Position numbers and translations under genes: made by a program. Under the pieces are notes generated by a model. The model saw only the letters and a list, made by a program, of their open reading frames with translations, did no database searches and was not told the DNA's origin. Shown piece by piece: positions 9,825 to 25,888 of a DNA stretch of 64,000 bases (position 1 is its first letter; each line of letters starts with the position of its first letter). This DNA comes from Candidatus Latescibacterota bacterium (GTDB lineage: Bacteria > Latescibacterota > UBA2968): NCBI GenBank assembly GCA_965116885.1, contig OZ220741.1, positions 480,001 to 544,000 of the forward strand, read 5' to 3'.

Positions 9825-11252
9825 CTATTTACGAACTTGCAACATATCCATAAATTCCCACACGGGCATAGTATCCAAAGCCGAACTTTCAAACACAGCC
9901 AAAATATCTTGTACCTGCTGCGCCTCAAACCGCGTTGTCATATTTTTCACAAACTTTTCCACCAGCAAGGGCGCGGCCTCCTCCCGCCTTCTTCGATGCC
10001 CGATGGGATATTCCACCGTCACGGCCTCTGTCGCCGATCCATCTTTGAAAAACACCTGCACGGTATTGGCAATGGACCGCTTGTCAGGATTGTGGTAATC
10101 CCGCGTAAACCGCGCATTTTCCGTCACCACCATCTTTTTTCTCAACAGATCGATGCGCGCGTCCTCCGCGCGCTCCTCTTCATAGTCATCTGCAGTCAAA
10201 TCGCCAAAAATCAGCCCTATCGCCACCATATATTGCAAGCAGTGATCTCGATCTGCGGGATTGTACAGCGGACCGGTCTTATCGATAATTTTTACGGCAG
10301 CTTCGTGTGTCTCAATCACCACCCGCTCCACTGCCTCCAAACGCGGCGCCACCTCATTGTGCAACGCAAACGCGGCTTCTACCGCTGTCTGTGCGTGAAA
10401 TTCAGCGGGAAAAGACACCTTGAACAACACATTTTCCATCACATAAGAACCGTACACGCGCTGAAACCGAAACCGATCGCCATTCCACAAGCGGTCGTAA
10501 AAACCCCACACAGGCGCTGACAGAGCCGTTGGATATCCCATCTCGCCGCGCCTTGTCTGCAATGCCAAAAATACACCACGCGCTGTCGCATCTCCCGCCG
10601 CCCAACTCTTGCGCGAACCCGTATTGGGCGCATGCCGATAGGTTCGCAAAGGACCCAAATCGCACCATACCTGCGACAATGCATTGACAACCTGCGCCTC
10701 ATCACATCCCAACAGCCCAGCAGAAACCGCCGCACTCGCCAACTTCACCAAAATCACATGATCCAGTCCCCGGGCATTAAAACTGTTTTCCAATGCCATC
10801 ACACCCTGAACCTCATGCGCTTTGATCATCGCCACGAGCACATCCCGCATCACCAGTGTATCTCTCCCCTGTGCCCGTTGCGTGCGCGACATCCAGTCCG
10901 CCACCCCGAGAATTGCACCCAGATTGTCCGAAGGATGGCCCCACTCCGCCGCCAACCACGTATCGTTAAAATCCAGCCACCGCACCAGTGTCCCAATATT
11001 AAACGCGGCAGTCACAGGATCGAGTTCGCAATCCGTACCCGGCACCCGCGCACCGTGCGGCACAATTGTTCCCGGCACCACGGGACCGAGCATCTTCGCA
11101 CACTCAGAAAACCGCAATGCCAACACCGCACACCCCAAACTATCCATCAGACACAATCGAGCTGTCTGAAAAGCCTCCTCGGAATTCACCTCACAATCCA
11201 GCACGTACTGTGCGATAGTCACCAGTTCTCTATCCGGTGTTCTATCATCCAT
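9825..11252 (-). CDS. prpD: 2-methylcitrate dehydratase
   Basis: [46 protein letters not shown]. Confidence 0.95.
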   Translation of the reverse strand: MDDRTPDRELVTIAQYVLDCEVNSEEAFQTARLCLMDSLGCAVLALRFSECAKMLGPVVPGTIVPHGARVPGTDCELDPVTAAFNIGTLVRWLDFNDTWLAAEWGHPSDNLGAILGVADWMSRTQRAQGRDTLVMRDVLVAMIKAHEVQGVMALENSFNARGLDHVILVKLASAAVSAGLLGCDEAQVVNALSQVWCDLGPLRTYRHAPNTGSRKSWAAGDATARGVFLALQTRRGEMGYPTALSAPVWGFYDRLWNGDRFRFQRVYGSYVMENVLFKVSFPAEFHAQTAVEAAFALHNEVAPRLEAVERVVIETHEAAVKIIDKTGPLYNPADRDHCLQYMVAIGLIFGDLTADDYEEERAEDARIDLLRKKMVVTENARFTRDYHNPDKRSIANTVQVFFKDGSATEAVTVEYPIGHRRRREEAAPLLVEKFVKNMTTRFEAQQVQDILAVFESSALDTMPVWEFMDMLQVRK

Positions 11253-11268
11253 GGCAATCCCCAAGCTA

Positions 11269-12366
11269 TTAGCCCCTTTCTTCTATCGGCACATAATCTC
11301 GCGCCTCTATCCCCGTATAGTCTGCCAGAGGCCGAATCAGTCTATTATCCGCCCGCTGTTCCATCACATGAGCAGCCCAACCGCTACAGCGACTGAGCAC
11401 AAATATAGGCGTGAAAAGCGCCGTCTCAATACCGGCCATATGATACGCTGTTGCCGAATAAAAATCCAGATTTGGAAACAACTTTTTTTCATCCCACATA
11501 ACCCGTTCAATCGCTTCAGAAATCTCGTACAGACGCATATCGCCCATTGCTTCACTCACCTGACGCGCCCAATGTTTAATAATCGCATTGCGCGGATCTC
11601 GCACGCGATAAACCCCGTGCCCAAACCCCATAATCAATTCTCTGCGCGCCAGCATCTCTCGCACACCTGTTGCTGCGTCTTCAGGCGTCTCGAACTGCTC
11701 AATCAATTCCATTGCCCGCTCGTTCGCGCCCCCGTGCAAAGGCCCGCTCAAAGTGCCAATTGCCCCGGCAATACAGCCATAAAAATCGGCAAGCGTAGAA
11801 GCGCATACTCTCGCCGTAAATGTCGAGGCATTAAACTCGTGCTCGGCATATAAAATCAACGACGCATCCATCATCCGACACGCCAAATCCAAAGGCGTAT
11901 CCGCTTTGAGCATATGCAAGATATAAGTCGCGTGATCATCCACATCCACATCCAAAACATCCGCACCTATATGCCAGATCCCCAGCATAGAGGGCAATGC
12001 ACCTATAAGCCGCACAGCCACAGCATCCCCCAAATCCCGTTCTGGCTCGGCAATGCCAAGTGCCGATACACCGGTTCGCAAAACATCCATCGGATGCGCA
12101 TCTGAAGGCAGCGAACTCAGAACCCGCACAACCAGGTCTGGCAACTGTCGGTGCGCCCGCAACTGCATCTTCAACGCATCCAATTCCCTTTCAGTGGGCA
12201 ATGCCCCCCACAACAACAAATGTACGATTTCCTCAAAACAGGCAAATTGTGATAGGTCTTCAATAGCATAGCCCCGATAGTGCAAACCGTGACCTTCTGC
12301 GCCCACAGTACAAATCGACGTACTGCCAGCCTTAACTCCTCTCAAGCCTGTCGTCTGTTTGCTCAC
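11269..12366 (-). CDS. prpC: 2-methylcitrate synthase
   Basis: [33 protein letters not shown]; lies between prpB and prpD. Confidence 0.9.
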   Translation of the reverse strand: MSKQTTGLRGVKAGSTSICTVGAEGHGLHYRGYAIEDLSQFACFEEIVHLLLWGALPTERELDALKMQLRAHRQLPDLVVRVLSSLPSDAHPMDVLRTGVSALGIAEPERDLGDAVAVRLIGALPSMLGIWHIGADVLDVDVDDHATYILHMLKADTPLDLACRMMDASLILYAEHEFNASTFTARVCASTLADFYGCIAGAIGTLSGPLHGGANERAMELIEQFETPEDAATGVREMLARRELIMGFGHGVYRVRDPRNAIIKHWARQVSEAMGDMRLYEISEAIERVMWDEKKLFPNLDFYSATAYHMAGIETALFTPIFVLSRCSGWAAHVMEQRADNRLIRPLADYTGIEARDYVPIEERG

Positions 12367-12380
12367 AGTATCCTCCTCTC

Positions 12381-12418
12381 AAAAAAAGGTCGTGAGCATT
12401 TTCACTCACGACCTTTTT
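12381..12418 (-). terminator. Intrinsic terminator-like hairpin between prpB and prpC
   Basis: aaaaaggtcgtgag-8nt-ctcacgaccttttt; T7 tail on the minus strand. Confidence 0.65.
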
Positions 12419-12440
12419 CCACAAAATCTCCTCAGGCGCT

Positions 12441-13316
12441 TCACGCGCCATAAAGTCGATTGACCTGCACCTCATACCTGTAATAATCCAGCAATTCGTA
12501 GAGTTCTTCGCGCGTCTGCATCTCGTTTATCAACGCGCCTTGCGCGCCCTGTGTCCGCAGCGTTTTATACGCCCGATAAGCAACCTCATTCATCATTCTA
12601 AACGCCGTGAGAGGATACAGCACCATGGCGACACCCGCACCTCTCATCTCGTCCAGATCAAACAGAGGCGTTTGTCCAAACTCGGTGAGATTCGCCAGCA
12701 CAGGTACAGAAAGCCTTTGGGCAAATACGCGAAAATCCTCCAGCGAACACAAGGCTTCTGCAAAAATCGCATCCGCACCGGCAGCAATGTATTCCCGGGC
12801 GCGATTGACGCCGCATTCCAAACCCTCATTGGCCACGGAATCCGTTCGCGCCATAATCACAAACTCGCTGTCTGAACGCGCGTCAACCGCTGCCTTGATA
12901 CGGTCGCACATCTCCTCGGCAGGAACCACCTGTTTTCCCGGGCGATGTCCACACCGTTTTTGTAAGACCTGATCTTCAATATGAACAGCGGCAACGCCAA
13001 TTTTTTCCAGCGTCTTTACCGCGCGACCAATCGAAAAAGAAGTACCGCCGAACCCGGTATCGATGTCAACCAACAGCGGCAAATCCACCACATCTGTAAT
13101 CCGCCGGGCATCCTCGACCACATTATCCAGTGTTGTAATACCCAAATCGGGCAAACCATAAGAAGCAGCAGCCACGCCCGAGCCGGAAAGATAAAGCACG
13201 CGAAATCCCGCTTGTTTTGCCATCAGCGCAGATATGGCATTGATAGTACCCACAATCTGCAAGGGTCGTTCTGCGTCCAGTGCCGCCCTGAACCTGCGCC
13301 CGGCTGACATCATCAT
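12441..13316 (-). CDS. prpB: Methylisocitrate lyase
   Basis: GLPDLG, VDIDTGFG, HIEDQ..KRCGHRPGK, MARTD, NLTEFG. Confidence 0.95.
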   Translation of the reverse strand: MMMSAGRRFRAALDAERPLQIVGTINAISALMAKQAGFRVLYLSGSGVAAASYGLPDLGITTLDNVVEDARRITDVVDLPLLVDIDTGFGGTSFSIGRAVKTLEKIGVAAVHIEDQVLQKRCGHRPGKQVVPAEEMCDRIKAAVDARSDSEFVIMARTDSVANEGLECGVNRAREYIAAGADAIFAEALCSLEDFRVFAQRLSVPVLANLTEFGQTPLFDLDEMRGAGVAMVLYPLTAFRMMNEVAYRAYKTLRTQGAQGALINEMQTREELYELLDYYRYEVQVNRLYGA

Positions 13317-13320
13317 CTCC

Positions 13321-15402
13321 TTATGCTTCTACCAACTCGCGATCGTGTTCGGACTCCTCAATAACCTTTTGCGTCACATGGTGAGGGGCAGACTCATAGT
13401 GGGAAAACGCCATGGTATAATCGCCTGTACCCTGTGTCATAGAGCGCAAAGAAGTCGAATATTTGTAAAGATCGGCCAGCGGAACTTCGGCGTGAATAAC
13501 CTGGAAATTACCCTCGGGATCCATGCCTTGAATACGCCCGCGGCGCCCATTGAGATCCGCCATCACATCTCCCATATAGGAATCGGGAACAACGACGCGA
13601 ACCTTATAGATGGGTTCTAACAAAATGGGTTTGGCATCCATAAATGCATTTTGAAATGCGAAGGAACCGGCCAGCTTAAAAGCCATATCAGAAGAGTCAA
13701 CAGGATGGAAGGACCCATCGTAAACCGTAACCTGCGTATCGACAACGGGATATCCGGCAAGCACACCGCGTTGCATGCATTCCACAACACCTTTTTCAAC
13801 AGCCGGAATAAATTTTCCGGGAATCGCACCACCTACAACCTCGTCTATAAATTCAAAGCCATCACCGCGCTGCCTGGGCGCAACGCGCAAATAAGCTTCG
13901 CCATATTGACCGCGCCCACCGCTTTGTTTTCTGTGACGATACTGCGCTTCTGAACGCGATAGAATGGTCTCGCGGTACGGTATCCGCGGTTCGGCCACTT
14001 CTACATCCACGCCAAATTTGCTCTTCAACTTGTCAAACACGACCGTCAAATGTAACTCGCCCTGTCCCTGGGCAATAATCTGACGCAATTCCGAGTCATA
14101 CCCGGCGACAAAGCTCGGGTCTTCTTCGTGAATGCTTTGCAATCCAGCGCTAATTTTGTCTTCGTCGCCACGCGATTTGGGTTCTACGGCCACGCGAATC
14201 AAAGGGTGTGGAAATTCGACCGATTGAATTTGCAAGCGCGTGTTTCTGCTGCAAAGCGTATTGCCCGTATGCGTATCCTTTAGCTTGATCAACGCGCCAA
14301 TATCACCTGCGCCCAAAACGTCCATATCCTCGCGCTTTCCACCACTCATCGAATAAATTTGGCCAATGCGCTCACTGGCTCGGCGATTGGGATTAAATAC
14401 ATCGTCGCCAGATTGGACACTACCGGAATACACGCGCAAAAATGACAGATCACCTACAGACTCGGAAATCGTTTTGAACACCACGGCAGCCAAAGGGTCA
14501 CCATCGCTTACAGTAAGTGCCATTTCTTCTTCGGATCCTTCTTTATAGGCTGTGGGAATTGGCAAGTCGAGCGGACCGGGTGCGAATGCAGAAAGAAAAT
14601 CAAGCAATAAATCAACACCAATATTTTTATTGGCGGCACTCACAAAAATGGGAAACAAAGTGCGATTGACCATCCCAATTTTGACCCCTTGTGCAATCTC
14701 TTCGTCTGTCAATTCCCCTTCTTCTAAATAGCTCTCAATCAAATCGTCGTCACTTTCGGCAACCCCTTCAACCACCTGTTCCCTCAAGTCCTCAGCCTGA
14801 TCTTGCCATTCTGAAGGAATCTCCGAAGCCTCCGCTTTACCATCGGTATAAGTTACCAATTTCATCTGCAAAACATCGATGATCTGATTAAACCCTTCGC
14901 CGGCATTGACCGGAATCTGAAAGGGAACAGCCCCATTTCCAAAATGTTCCTGTATTGCCGAAAACGCACCATCGCAATCGGCAAATTCCCGATCGACGTG
15001 ATTGACCAAAAACACAGTTGCGCGATTAAATTCATCGGCAAAACCAAAAGCTTTATCTGTTCCAATCTCTACCCCACTGGCCGCATTGACCAGCGTAAGG
15101 GCAATATCAGATGCCCAAATCGCGGCTTTTGCATCGCCAATAAAGTCGGCATAACCAGGAGCATCCAGAATATTTATTTTGGTACCCTTCCAATCGCAGT
15201 GCAACATGGATGTACTGATAGAGATTTTGCGCTCAACCTCTGCATCGGTATAATCCGACAGCGTATTTCCCTCATCGACTACCCCGAGGCGATTGGTTGC
15301 ACCAGCAGAAAACATCACGGCTTCGGCAACGGACGTTTTGCCCGTGCCGCCGTGACCCGAGAGGGCGATGTTCCTGATATTTTCAGGTGTATATCTATTC
15401 AC
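13321..15402 (-). CDS. fusA: Elongation factor G paralog (EF-G II type)
   Basis: 693 aa; GHGGTGKT, ERKISI, DAPGYADF, KQSGGRGQYG, DGSFHPVDSSDMAF; GTG start with GGAGG. Confidence 0.9.
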   Translation of the reverse strand: MNRYTPENIRNIALSGHGGTGKTSVAEAVMFSAGATNRLGVVDEGNTLSDYTDAEVERKISISTSMLHCDWKGTKINILDAPGYADFIGDAKAAIWASDIALTLVNAASGVEIGTDKAFGFADEFNRATVFLVNHVDREFADCDGAFSAIQEHFGNGAVPFQIPVNAGEGFNQIIDVLQMKLVTYTDGKAEASEIPSEWQDQAEDLREQVVEGVAESDDDLIESYLEEGELTDEEIAQGVKIGMVNRTLFPIFVSAANKNIGVDLLLDFLSAFAPGPLDLPIPTAYKEGSEEEMALTVSDGDPLAAVVFKTISESVGDLSFLRVYSGSVQSGDDVFNPNRRASERIGQIYSMSGGKREDMDVLGAGDIGALIKLKDTHTGNTLCSRNTRLQIQSVEFPHPLIRVAVEPKSRGDEDKISAGLQSIHEEDPSFVAGYDSELRQIIAQGQGELHLTVVFDKLKSKFGVDVEVAEPRIPYRETILSRSEAQYRHRKQSGGRGQYGEAYLRVAPRQRGDGFEFIDEVVGGAIPGKFIPAVEKGVVECMQRGVLAGYPVVDTQVTVYDGSFHPVDSSDMAFKLAGSFAFQNAFMDAKPILLEPIYKVRVVVPDSYMGDVMADLNGRRGRIQGMDPEGNFQVIHAEVPLADLYKYSTSLRSMTQGTGDYTMAFSHYESAPHHVTQKVIEESEHDRELVEA

Positions 15403-15514
15403 AGTAACCTCCTATATCAGTATTAAATGCTCGTTTTGAAATTCGAAAAATAAGGCGCGTATAATTGCAAAACAAACGGGTTTTGTCAAGCACTCTTTTG
15501 ATCTTGTGTGACAC

Positions 15515-15548
15515 AAAAAAAGCCCGGATTTTATATCCGGGCTTTTTT
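15515..15548. terminator. Bidirectional intrinsic terminator of the rrn operon
   Basis: A7-gcccggat-loop-atccgggc-T6 immediately after 5S. Confidence 0.85.
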
Positions 15549-15554
15549 ATATAA

Positions 15555-15672
<118 letters not shown>

Positions 15673-15740
15673 AAAATTTAATCGAATATGAATTGAGCGC
15701 CAAAACAAAGCACAGAAGCGATCTGCTGAAAAGTGTTAAA

Positions 15741-18772
<3,032 letters not shown>

Positions 18773-18900
18773 AAACAGGTTTTCAGCAGATCACTACTGT
18801 GCTCTGCAAAGAATCCATACTTCAGTTTGGCAAATTGTGTATACCCAATTCATATTCAATTGTCAAAGAGCAGTTACAAATTCTGTTCAAAATACAACTT

Positions 18901-18976
18901 TGGTGGAGATAACCGGGATCGAACCGGTGACCTCCGGCTTGCAAAGCCGGCGCTCTCCCATCTGAGCTATATCCCC
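18901..18976 (-). tRNA. tRNA-Ala(TGC)
   Basis: GGGGATATAGCTCAG...CTTTGCAAG...GGTTCGATCCC...CCACCA cloverleaf in the ITS. Confidence 0.97.
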
Positions 18977-18991
18977 AAATATTTTGTAGTT

Positions 18992-19068
18992 TGGTGGGCC
19001 TAAGTGGAGTTGAACCACTGACCTCGCGCTTATCAGGCGCGCGCTCTAACCAACTGAGCTATAGGCCC
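18992..19068 (-). tRNA. tRNA-Ile(GAT)
   Basis: GGGCCTATAGCTCAG...CCTGATAAG...GGTTCAACTCC...CCCACCA. Confidence 0.97.
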
Positions 19069-19186
19069 GCCTTAAAAAGCCGGGAAAAATCCCGGCCTTT
19101 CAAAAACCAAATAACGTGCACATGCCAAACCTGGTATTGACCTTAGGAGTAGATGTAAGCGCCTGTGGCCTTACATCGCGTCTCCC

Positions 19187-20733
<1,547 letters not shown>

Positions 20734-20825
20734 AAAAAATGAGAGAGCCCATATTATGGGCTTTTTTTGCAAATTACTGAAATTCTCAAAAAATTTTGAG
20801 AACCTACCAAGCTTTTGAATAACAC

Positions 20826-20850
20826 ATGCACGTTATTTGATTTTCAAAGA
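20826..20850 (-). promoter_or_regulatory. rrn leader: boxA-like sequence and 16S processing stalk arm
   Basis: tgcacgttatttg is the reverse complement of caaataacgtgca at ~19108-19120; TCTTTGAAAA boxA-like here and TGCTCTTTGACAA in the ITS (~18860-18872). Confidence 0.7.
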
Positions 20851-20893
20851 ACAAAATAGGCACTTTTGACTTACGAAGTGCCGGTAAGGGGTA

Positions 20894-20922
20894 AATCTAT
20901 CAAATCGACTTTCGCAAGTCAA
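20894..20922 (-). promoter_or_regulatory. rrn promoter P2 (sigma70-type)
   Basis: TTGACT-17bp-TAGATT on the minus strand. Confidence 0.75.
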
Positions 20923-20957
20923 GCAAAATTCTGCACCATTTTTGATGCAGAGCGCGA

Positions 20958-20986
20958 AATATATAAAACAAGAACGCGAAAGTCAA
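20958..20986 (-). promoter_or_regulatory. rrn promoter P1 (sigma70-type)
   Basis: TTGACT-17bp-TATATT, followed by a GC-rich discriminator and preceded by an AT-rich stretch. Confidence 0.8.
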
Positions 20987-20993
20987 ACTATTT

Positions 20994-21476
20994 TTAAAAA
21001 AACTCTCCTCTCACACGACCTTCTTCAACATCTGCTTCACCATCAAACTGCCTCAAATAGCGCACTGCCCGCTCCATATCTTTTTTTACCCACGCGTCGG
21101 GTTCAGACGCCATAGCGCGTTCAAGTGCTGAAATGGCTTCGGGCTCTTCAATTTGCATCAATGCCCATGCGACAATCTGGCGCACATCCCGGTCTTTGTC
21201 TCCAAGCATTCGGATCAGGTCGCGCAATGCCTCCTTCGCCCGCAACATTCCCAACGCCCAGGCGGCCTTTGTGCGCACAGATGTGACAGTGTCGCGCAAA
21301 GCAGCGCGCAAATGGGGAACAGCCTCAAAAACTCGCTGTGCGCCCAAAAAAGCAGCCGCATCAACGCGCTGATCAACCGTCCCCGATCGCAATTGCCGAA
21401 GATAATCGCCATGTGGAGAGCTACAGCCACATAAAAAAAGCAACAGTACTGGCAGTATTTTTTTTATTGAATACAT
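20994..21476 (-). CDS. HEAT-repeat lipoprotein
   Basis: Lipobox LCGC; repeats of VR..AAWALG / D....VR....WAL. Confidence 0.8.
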   Translation of the reverse strand: MYSIKKILPVLLLFLCGCSSPHGDYLRQLRSGTVDQRVDAAAFLGAQRVFEAVPHLRAALRDTVTSVRTKAAWALGMLRAKEALRDLIRMLGDKDRDVRQIVAWALMQIEEPEAISALERAMASEPDAWVKKDMERAVRYLRQFDGEADVEEGRVRGEFF

Positions 21477-22753
21477 GCTTTCAGAGCTTCGTAATTTGCC
21501 TTTATAGTCTTGTCAATATCCGCGTCAGAATGGGCCAGAGAGACAAACGCAGCCTCAAACTGCGACGGAGCCAGATAAACACCTCGATTGAGCATCTCCC
21601 GAAAATATCGAGCGAACAAATCCTGATCGCACGCATTGGCAGCATCAAATGACGTCACAGGTGATTCCGTAAAAAATAAGGTCATGATCGAACCCACCCG
21701 ATTGGTCTGATATTTCAATCCCAGAGCTTTTAAGTTTTCCGAAATACCCGTCTCCAGAGTCTGTGCTTTTGCCTCCAACACCTCATAAACACCCGGTTCT
21801 TGCAATCGTCGGAGTGTCTCATATCCCGCTGTCATAGCCAGGGGATTGCCCGACAATGTGCCGGCCTGCGACACCATTTTTCCCAGAGGTGAAATATCTG
21901 ACATAATTTCTCGCCTACCACCAAAAGCACCAACGGGCAGCCCACCGCCAATAATCTTCCCCAGAGTCGTCAAGTCAGGCGTCACCCCATAAAGCTCCTG
22001 CGCCCCACCCTGACTGACGCGGAACCCGGTGATGACCTCATCGAAAATCAGCACAATATCCATTTCTGCCGTTATATCTCTCAATCCCTGTAAAAAACCC
22101 GGCGCCGGCGGAATCACCCCCATATTGCCAGCCACAGGCTCAACAATAACAGCGGCGATCTCATCCCTATTTTCCACAACGGCTTTTTCTACGGCCTCCA
22201 GATCATTAAAAGGCACAGTAATCGAATCCGCTGCAGTTCCAGGTGTAACCCCCGGGCTGCTCGGCGCGCCCATCGTGAGTGCCGAAGACCCCGCCTGAAT
22301 CAGAAAACTATCGGCATGCCCATGCCAGCACCCCTCAAATTTGACAATTTTGTTTCGCCCCGTGTGTCCGCGAGCCAGCCGAATAGCCGACATCGTGGCT
22401 TCGGTGCCCGAATTTACCATCCGCACCATTTCCACACTCGGCACCATTTCAGTGACCAATTGGGCCATCTTCACTTCAATTTCTGTCGGCGCGCCAAAAC
22501 TCGTACCCCCAGCGGCAGCTGCGTTGACAGCCGCGACAATTTCTGGATGTGCATGGCCCAAAATAAGCGGTCCCCAGGACCCTACAAAATCGATATAAGA
22601 TGCCCCATCGGCATCGACAATTCGCGCTCCCTCACCTTTCACAATAAAGAGCGGATCACCACCCACGGGACCATAAGCTCTTGCGGGACTATTCACACCG
22701 CCGGGAATCACCTGTTGTGCTGCGTCAAATAGCGTCTTTGAACGCGTATTCAA
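21464..22753 (-). CDS. hemL: Glutamate-1-semialdehyde 2,1-aminomutase
   Basis: [52 protein letters not shown]. Confidence 0.97.
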   Translation of the reverse strand: MNTRSKTLFDAAQQVIPGGVNSPARAYGPVGGDPLFIVKGEGARIVDADGASYIDFVGSWGPLILGHAHPEIVAAVNAAAAGGTSFGAPTEIEVKMAQLVTEMVPSVEMVRMVNSGTEATMSAIRLARGHTGRNKIVKFEGCWHGHADSFLIQAGSSALTMGAPSSPGVTPGTAADSITVPFNDLEAVEKAVVENRDEIAAVIVEPVAGNMGVIPPAPGFLQGLRDITAEMDIVLIFDEVITGFRVSQGGAQELYGVTPDLTTLGKIIGGGLPVGAFGGRREIMSDISPLGKMVSQAGTLSGNPLAMTAGYETLRRLQEPGVYEVLEAKAQTLETGISENLKALGLKYQTNRVGSIMTLFFTESPVTSFDAANACDQDLFARYFREMLNRGVYLAPSQFEAAFVSLAHSDADIDKTIKANYEALKACIQ

Positions 22754-22834
22754 ATTACACCTCCGTGAAAAGACAAATGGAATATTGTGACAACATCTTA
22801 ATTACACCTCTCACTGTCAAGCTAATTCATCCAC

Positions 22835-22863
22835 TTGCAAAACACGACCACAATCCGTATATT
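22835..22863 (+). promoter_or_regulatory. Promoter of tRNA-Arg/uvrA
   Basis: TTGCAA-17bp-TATATT, 9 nt before the tRNA. Confidence 0.65.
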
Positions 22864-22872
22864 ATTTGCACA

Positions 22873-22946
22873 GCGGCAGTAGCTCAATTGGATAGAGCAT
22901 CTGGCTTCGGACCAGAGGGTTGGGGGTTCGAGTCCTCTCTGCCGCA
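22873..22946 (+). tRNA. tRNA-Arg(TCG), CCA not encoded
   Basis: GCGGCAG/CTGCCGC acceptor stem, TCTGG-CTTCGGA-CCAGA anticodon arm, GGTTCGAGTCC T-arm. Confidence 0.93.
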
Positions 22947-23001
22947 CTTTCTTTTTCAGGCACTTAAAAATTAAGTGCCTGAATTTTTTATCATCACACC
23001 T

Positions 23002-25746
23002 ATGAGCGATACAATCACCATCAGAGGTGCGCGTCAGCACAACCTCAAAAACATCGATCTGGACATCCCGCGCAACTGCCTCGTCGTCATCACCGGACCT
23101 TCGGGGTCGGGCAAATCGTCCCTGGCCTTCGACACGATCTACGCCGAAGGACAACGCCGTTATGTGGAATCGCTATCCGCTTATGCGCGGCAATTTCTCG
23201 ATCTCATGGACAAACCCGATGCCGACAGCATAGAAGGTCTCTCGCCAGCTGTGGCAATTCAGCAACGCGGCATCCCCCGCACACCGCGTTCAACAGTGGG
23301 CACCATAACCGAAGTCTATGACTATTTGCGCCTCTTATTCGCCAGAATAGGCACGCCGCATTGTCCGATATGCAGCCAGCCCATTGTGCGCCAGACCGTC
23401 GCGCAAATTGTCGATCGCGTACTCGCACTGCCCGAAGGACAACGCCTTCAGATTCTCGCGCCCCTGATCCGAAATGCCAAAGGCACCCACCTGAGTACTT
23501 TCAACCAGTTGCGCAAGGAAGGCTATCTCAGGGTACGCGTTAATGGCGAAGTTATATCACTTGACAGCGACATCGTCCTCAATAAAAACACAGCGCACAA
23601 CATCGAAGCCGTCATCGACCGCCTCGTCGTGCGCGAAAACATGGCCGCGCGCCTCGCGGACTCACTCGAAACAGCCCTCGACCTTGCCAACGGCACAGCC
23701 ACACTCGACATCATCGACGATGAGGAATGGACGTTTTCCACGCGCTTTGCCTGCACAGAAGGCCACTTTGAAATCGAAGAATTAGAACCGCGTCTCTTCA
23801 CCTTCAACAGCCCGCACGGCGCTTGTCCCACTTGCAGCGGTACGGGTACAGTTTTTGAGGTCGATCCCGACCTCGTCGTGCCCGATCCTTCAAAATCCAT
23901 TCTCGAAGGCGCGATTGCGCCCTGGGGTATTCCCAAGGGCAAACGCCAGGCAGACCAACGTCAACGCCTATCGCGCAACCTCTCATTCGATCCTTCAACG
24001 CCCTTTTCCAAGCTTTCCAAAACAATTCAAAAAACAATCCTCAGAGGAAAAACAGGCGTTATACCCGATCTTCAGAACCAATACAAAGCGGCTACCTCCG
24101 ACGAAGCACGGGAAAAAATCGAACGTTTTATGCGCGAGCAAACCTGCCCTGCCTGTCTGGGCGCGTGCTTGCGCCCAGAAGCCCTTGCCGTCACAATTGC
24201 CAATTCTACAATTGCCGACATTGCCGGCATGCCCATTGCAAAAATCGGACACTTCTTCCAAACGCTCGACCTCAAAAACAACGCGGCTGAGATCGCCGCC
24301 CCCCTCATACGCGAAATCGAAAACCGCCTCGCATTTCTCACCGATGTCGGCGTGGGGTATCTCGCGCTCAACCGCAGAGCCGCAACACTTTCGGGAGGTG
24401 AATTTCAACGCATTCGCCTCGCCACACAAATCGGAACCCGCCTCGTCGGTGTCCTCTACGTACTCGACGAACCCAGCATAGGCTTACACCCCCGCGACAA
24501 TCGCAAACTCATCGACACCTTCTGCAACCTGCGCGATTTGGGCAACTCGGTCATCGTGGTCGAACACGACCGCGAAGCCATAGAAATGGCCGATCATCTC
24601 ATCGACCTGGGACCGGGCGCGGGCGAACACGGCGGCAAAATTATCTCACAGGGACCGCCAGAAACCGTGATCGCAGACGAAAATTCTCTCACCGGCAATT
24701 ATCTCTCCGGTCGAAAAACCATCCCCCTCCCCCCCGATATCCGCCAGCCTCGCGGGCATCTCTCAATTAAGGGCGCCAGCGGACACAACTTGCAAAACAT
24801 CGATATCGATATTCCACTGGGCGTCTTTGTATGCGTCACTGGCGTATCCGGCTCGGGCAAAAGCTCGCTCATCAATCACACCCTGTATCCCGCACTCGCC
24901 CGGCAACTCCACCGCGCGAGTACAGAACCACTACCTCATAAAGCCCTTGAAGGCGTTGAACAAATCGACAAAGTCATTCGCATAGACCAATCTCCAATCG
25001 GGCGCACCCCGCGATCAAATGCCGCCACATACACGGGCCTCTTCACAGCCATACGCGAACTCTACGCCCAATTGCCCGAATCCAGAGTGCGCGGTTATGG
25101 TGCCGGACGCTTCAGCTTCAACATCAAAGGCGGGCGCTGCGAAGCCTGCCAGGGCGACGGCGTGCGCCGCATTGAAATGCACTTCCTCCCCGACGTATTC
25201 GTCACCTGCGACGTATGCGGCGGCAGCCGATACAACAGAGAAACCCTTGAAATTCGGTACAAAGGCAGTTCAATTGCCGACGTCTTAAACCTCACAGTAA
25301 ATCGCGCCCGCACCTTCTTCCGCAATATCCCGGCGGCGCAGCGACAACTCAAATCACTCGCCGACGTGGGCCTGGGTTATCTCCGCCTCGGTCAACCGGC
25401 CACATCCCTCTCTGGCGGAGAAGCACAGCGCGTCAAACTCGCAACCGAACTGGCGAGAACCGCCACGGGCAAAACGCTTTACCTCCTCGACGAACCCACC
25501 ACGGGCTTGCACTTTGACGACATCCGCGTCCTCATCGAAGTCCTCGACCGCCTCGTTGACCGCGGCAACACCGTCCTCGTCATAGAACACAACCTCGACG
25601 TGATCAAACGCGCAGACTGGGTCATCGACCTCGGACCCGACGCAGGCGAAAACGGCGGCCACATTGTCGCAACCGGCACGCCAGAGACCATCGCCCAAAA
25701 TCCATCTTCTCACACGGGCTGTTTCCTCAAAGAGTATCGCGGATGA
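23002..25746 (+). CDS. uvrA: Excinuclease ABC subunit A
   Basis: GARQHNLKN, two Walker A ([18 protein letters not shown]), two LSGGE signatures, Zn-finger CxxC pairs. Confidence 0.97.
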   Translation: MSDTITIRGARQHNLKNIDLDIPRNCLVVITGPSGSGKSSLAFDTIYAEGQRRYVESLSAYARQFLDLMDKPDADSIEGLSPAVAIQQRGIPRTPRSTVGTITEVYDYLRLLFARIGTPHCPICSQPIVRQTVAQIVDRVLALPEGQRLQILAPLIRNAKGTHLSTFNQLRKEGYLRVRVNGEVISLDSDIVLNKNTAHNIEAVIDRLVVRENMAARLADSLETALDLANGTATLDIIDDEEWTFSTRFACTEGHFEIEELEPRLFTFNSPHGACPTCSGTGTVFEVDPDLVVPDPSKSILEGAIAPWGIPKGKRQADQRQRLSRNLSFDPSTPFSKLSKTIQKTILRGKTGVIPDLQNQYKAATSDEAREKIERFMREQTCPACLGACLRPEALAVTIANSTIADIAGMPIAKIGHFFQTLDLKNNAAEIAAPLIREIENRLAFLTDVGVGYLALNRRAATLSGGEFQRIRLATQIGTRLVGVLYVLDEPSIGLHPRDNRKLIDTFCNLRDLGNSVIVVEHDREAIEMADHLIDLGPGAGEHGGKIISQGPPETVIADENSLTGNYLSGRKTIPLPPDIRQPRGHLSIKGASGHNLQNIDIDIPLGVFVCVTGVSGSGKSSLINHTLYPALARQLHRASTEPLPHKALEGVEQIDKVIRIDQSPIGRTPRSNAATYTGLFTAIRELYAQLPESRVRGYGAGRFSFNIKGGRCEACQGDGVRRIEMHFLPDVFVTCDVCGGSRYNRETLEIRYKGSSIADVLNLTVNRARTFFRNIPAAQRQLKSLADVGLGYLRLGQPATSLSGGEAQRVKLATELARTATGKTLYLLDEPTTGLHFDDIRVLIEVLDRLVDRGNTVLVIEHNLDVIKRADWVIDLGPDAGENGGHIVATGTPETIAQNPSSHTGCFLKEYRG

Positions 25747-25773
25747 CGCGGATTAACGGATGACACGGATTAA
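25738..25773 (+). repeat. Short tandem CGGAT-core repeat overlapping the uvrA stop
   Basis: cgcggatga cgcggattaa cggatga cacggattaa; related units at 53546-53599. Confidence 0.65.
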
Positions 25774-25835
25774 ACCTGGATGGTTGAGATATTGCCCATC
25801 TCGATCATCTGTCTTGCCTAATGTCAGTTAAAAAG

Positions 25836-25872
25836 AAAAAAGCGCTCCATAACTTACTGGAACGCTTTTTTT
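25836..25872. terminator. Bidirectional terminator between convergent uvrA and rfbB
   Basis: aaaaaagcgctcca-loop-tggaacgcttttttt. Confidence 0.7.
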
Positions 25873-25888
25873 CACAGATCTCCGCCAC

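Noticed and set aside
22753..22810. 11-bp direct repeat aattacacctc upstream of hemL
   Set aside because: One copy is simply the RBS/start region; too short to support a regulatory call
22873..22946. tRNA-Arg as an island integration site
   Set aside because: Followed directly by uvrA; no duplicated tRNA 3' end or integrase seen by eye
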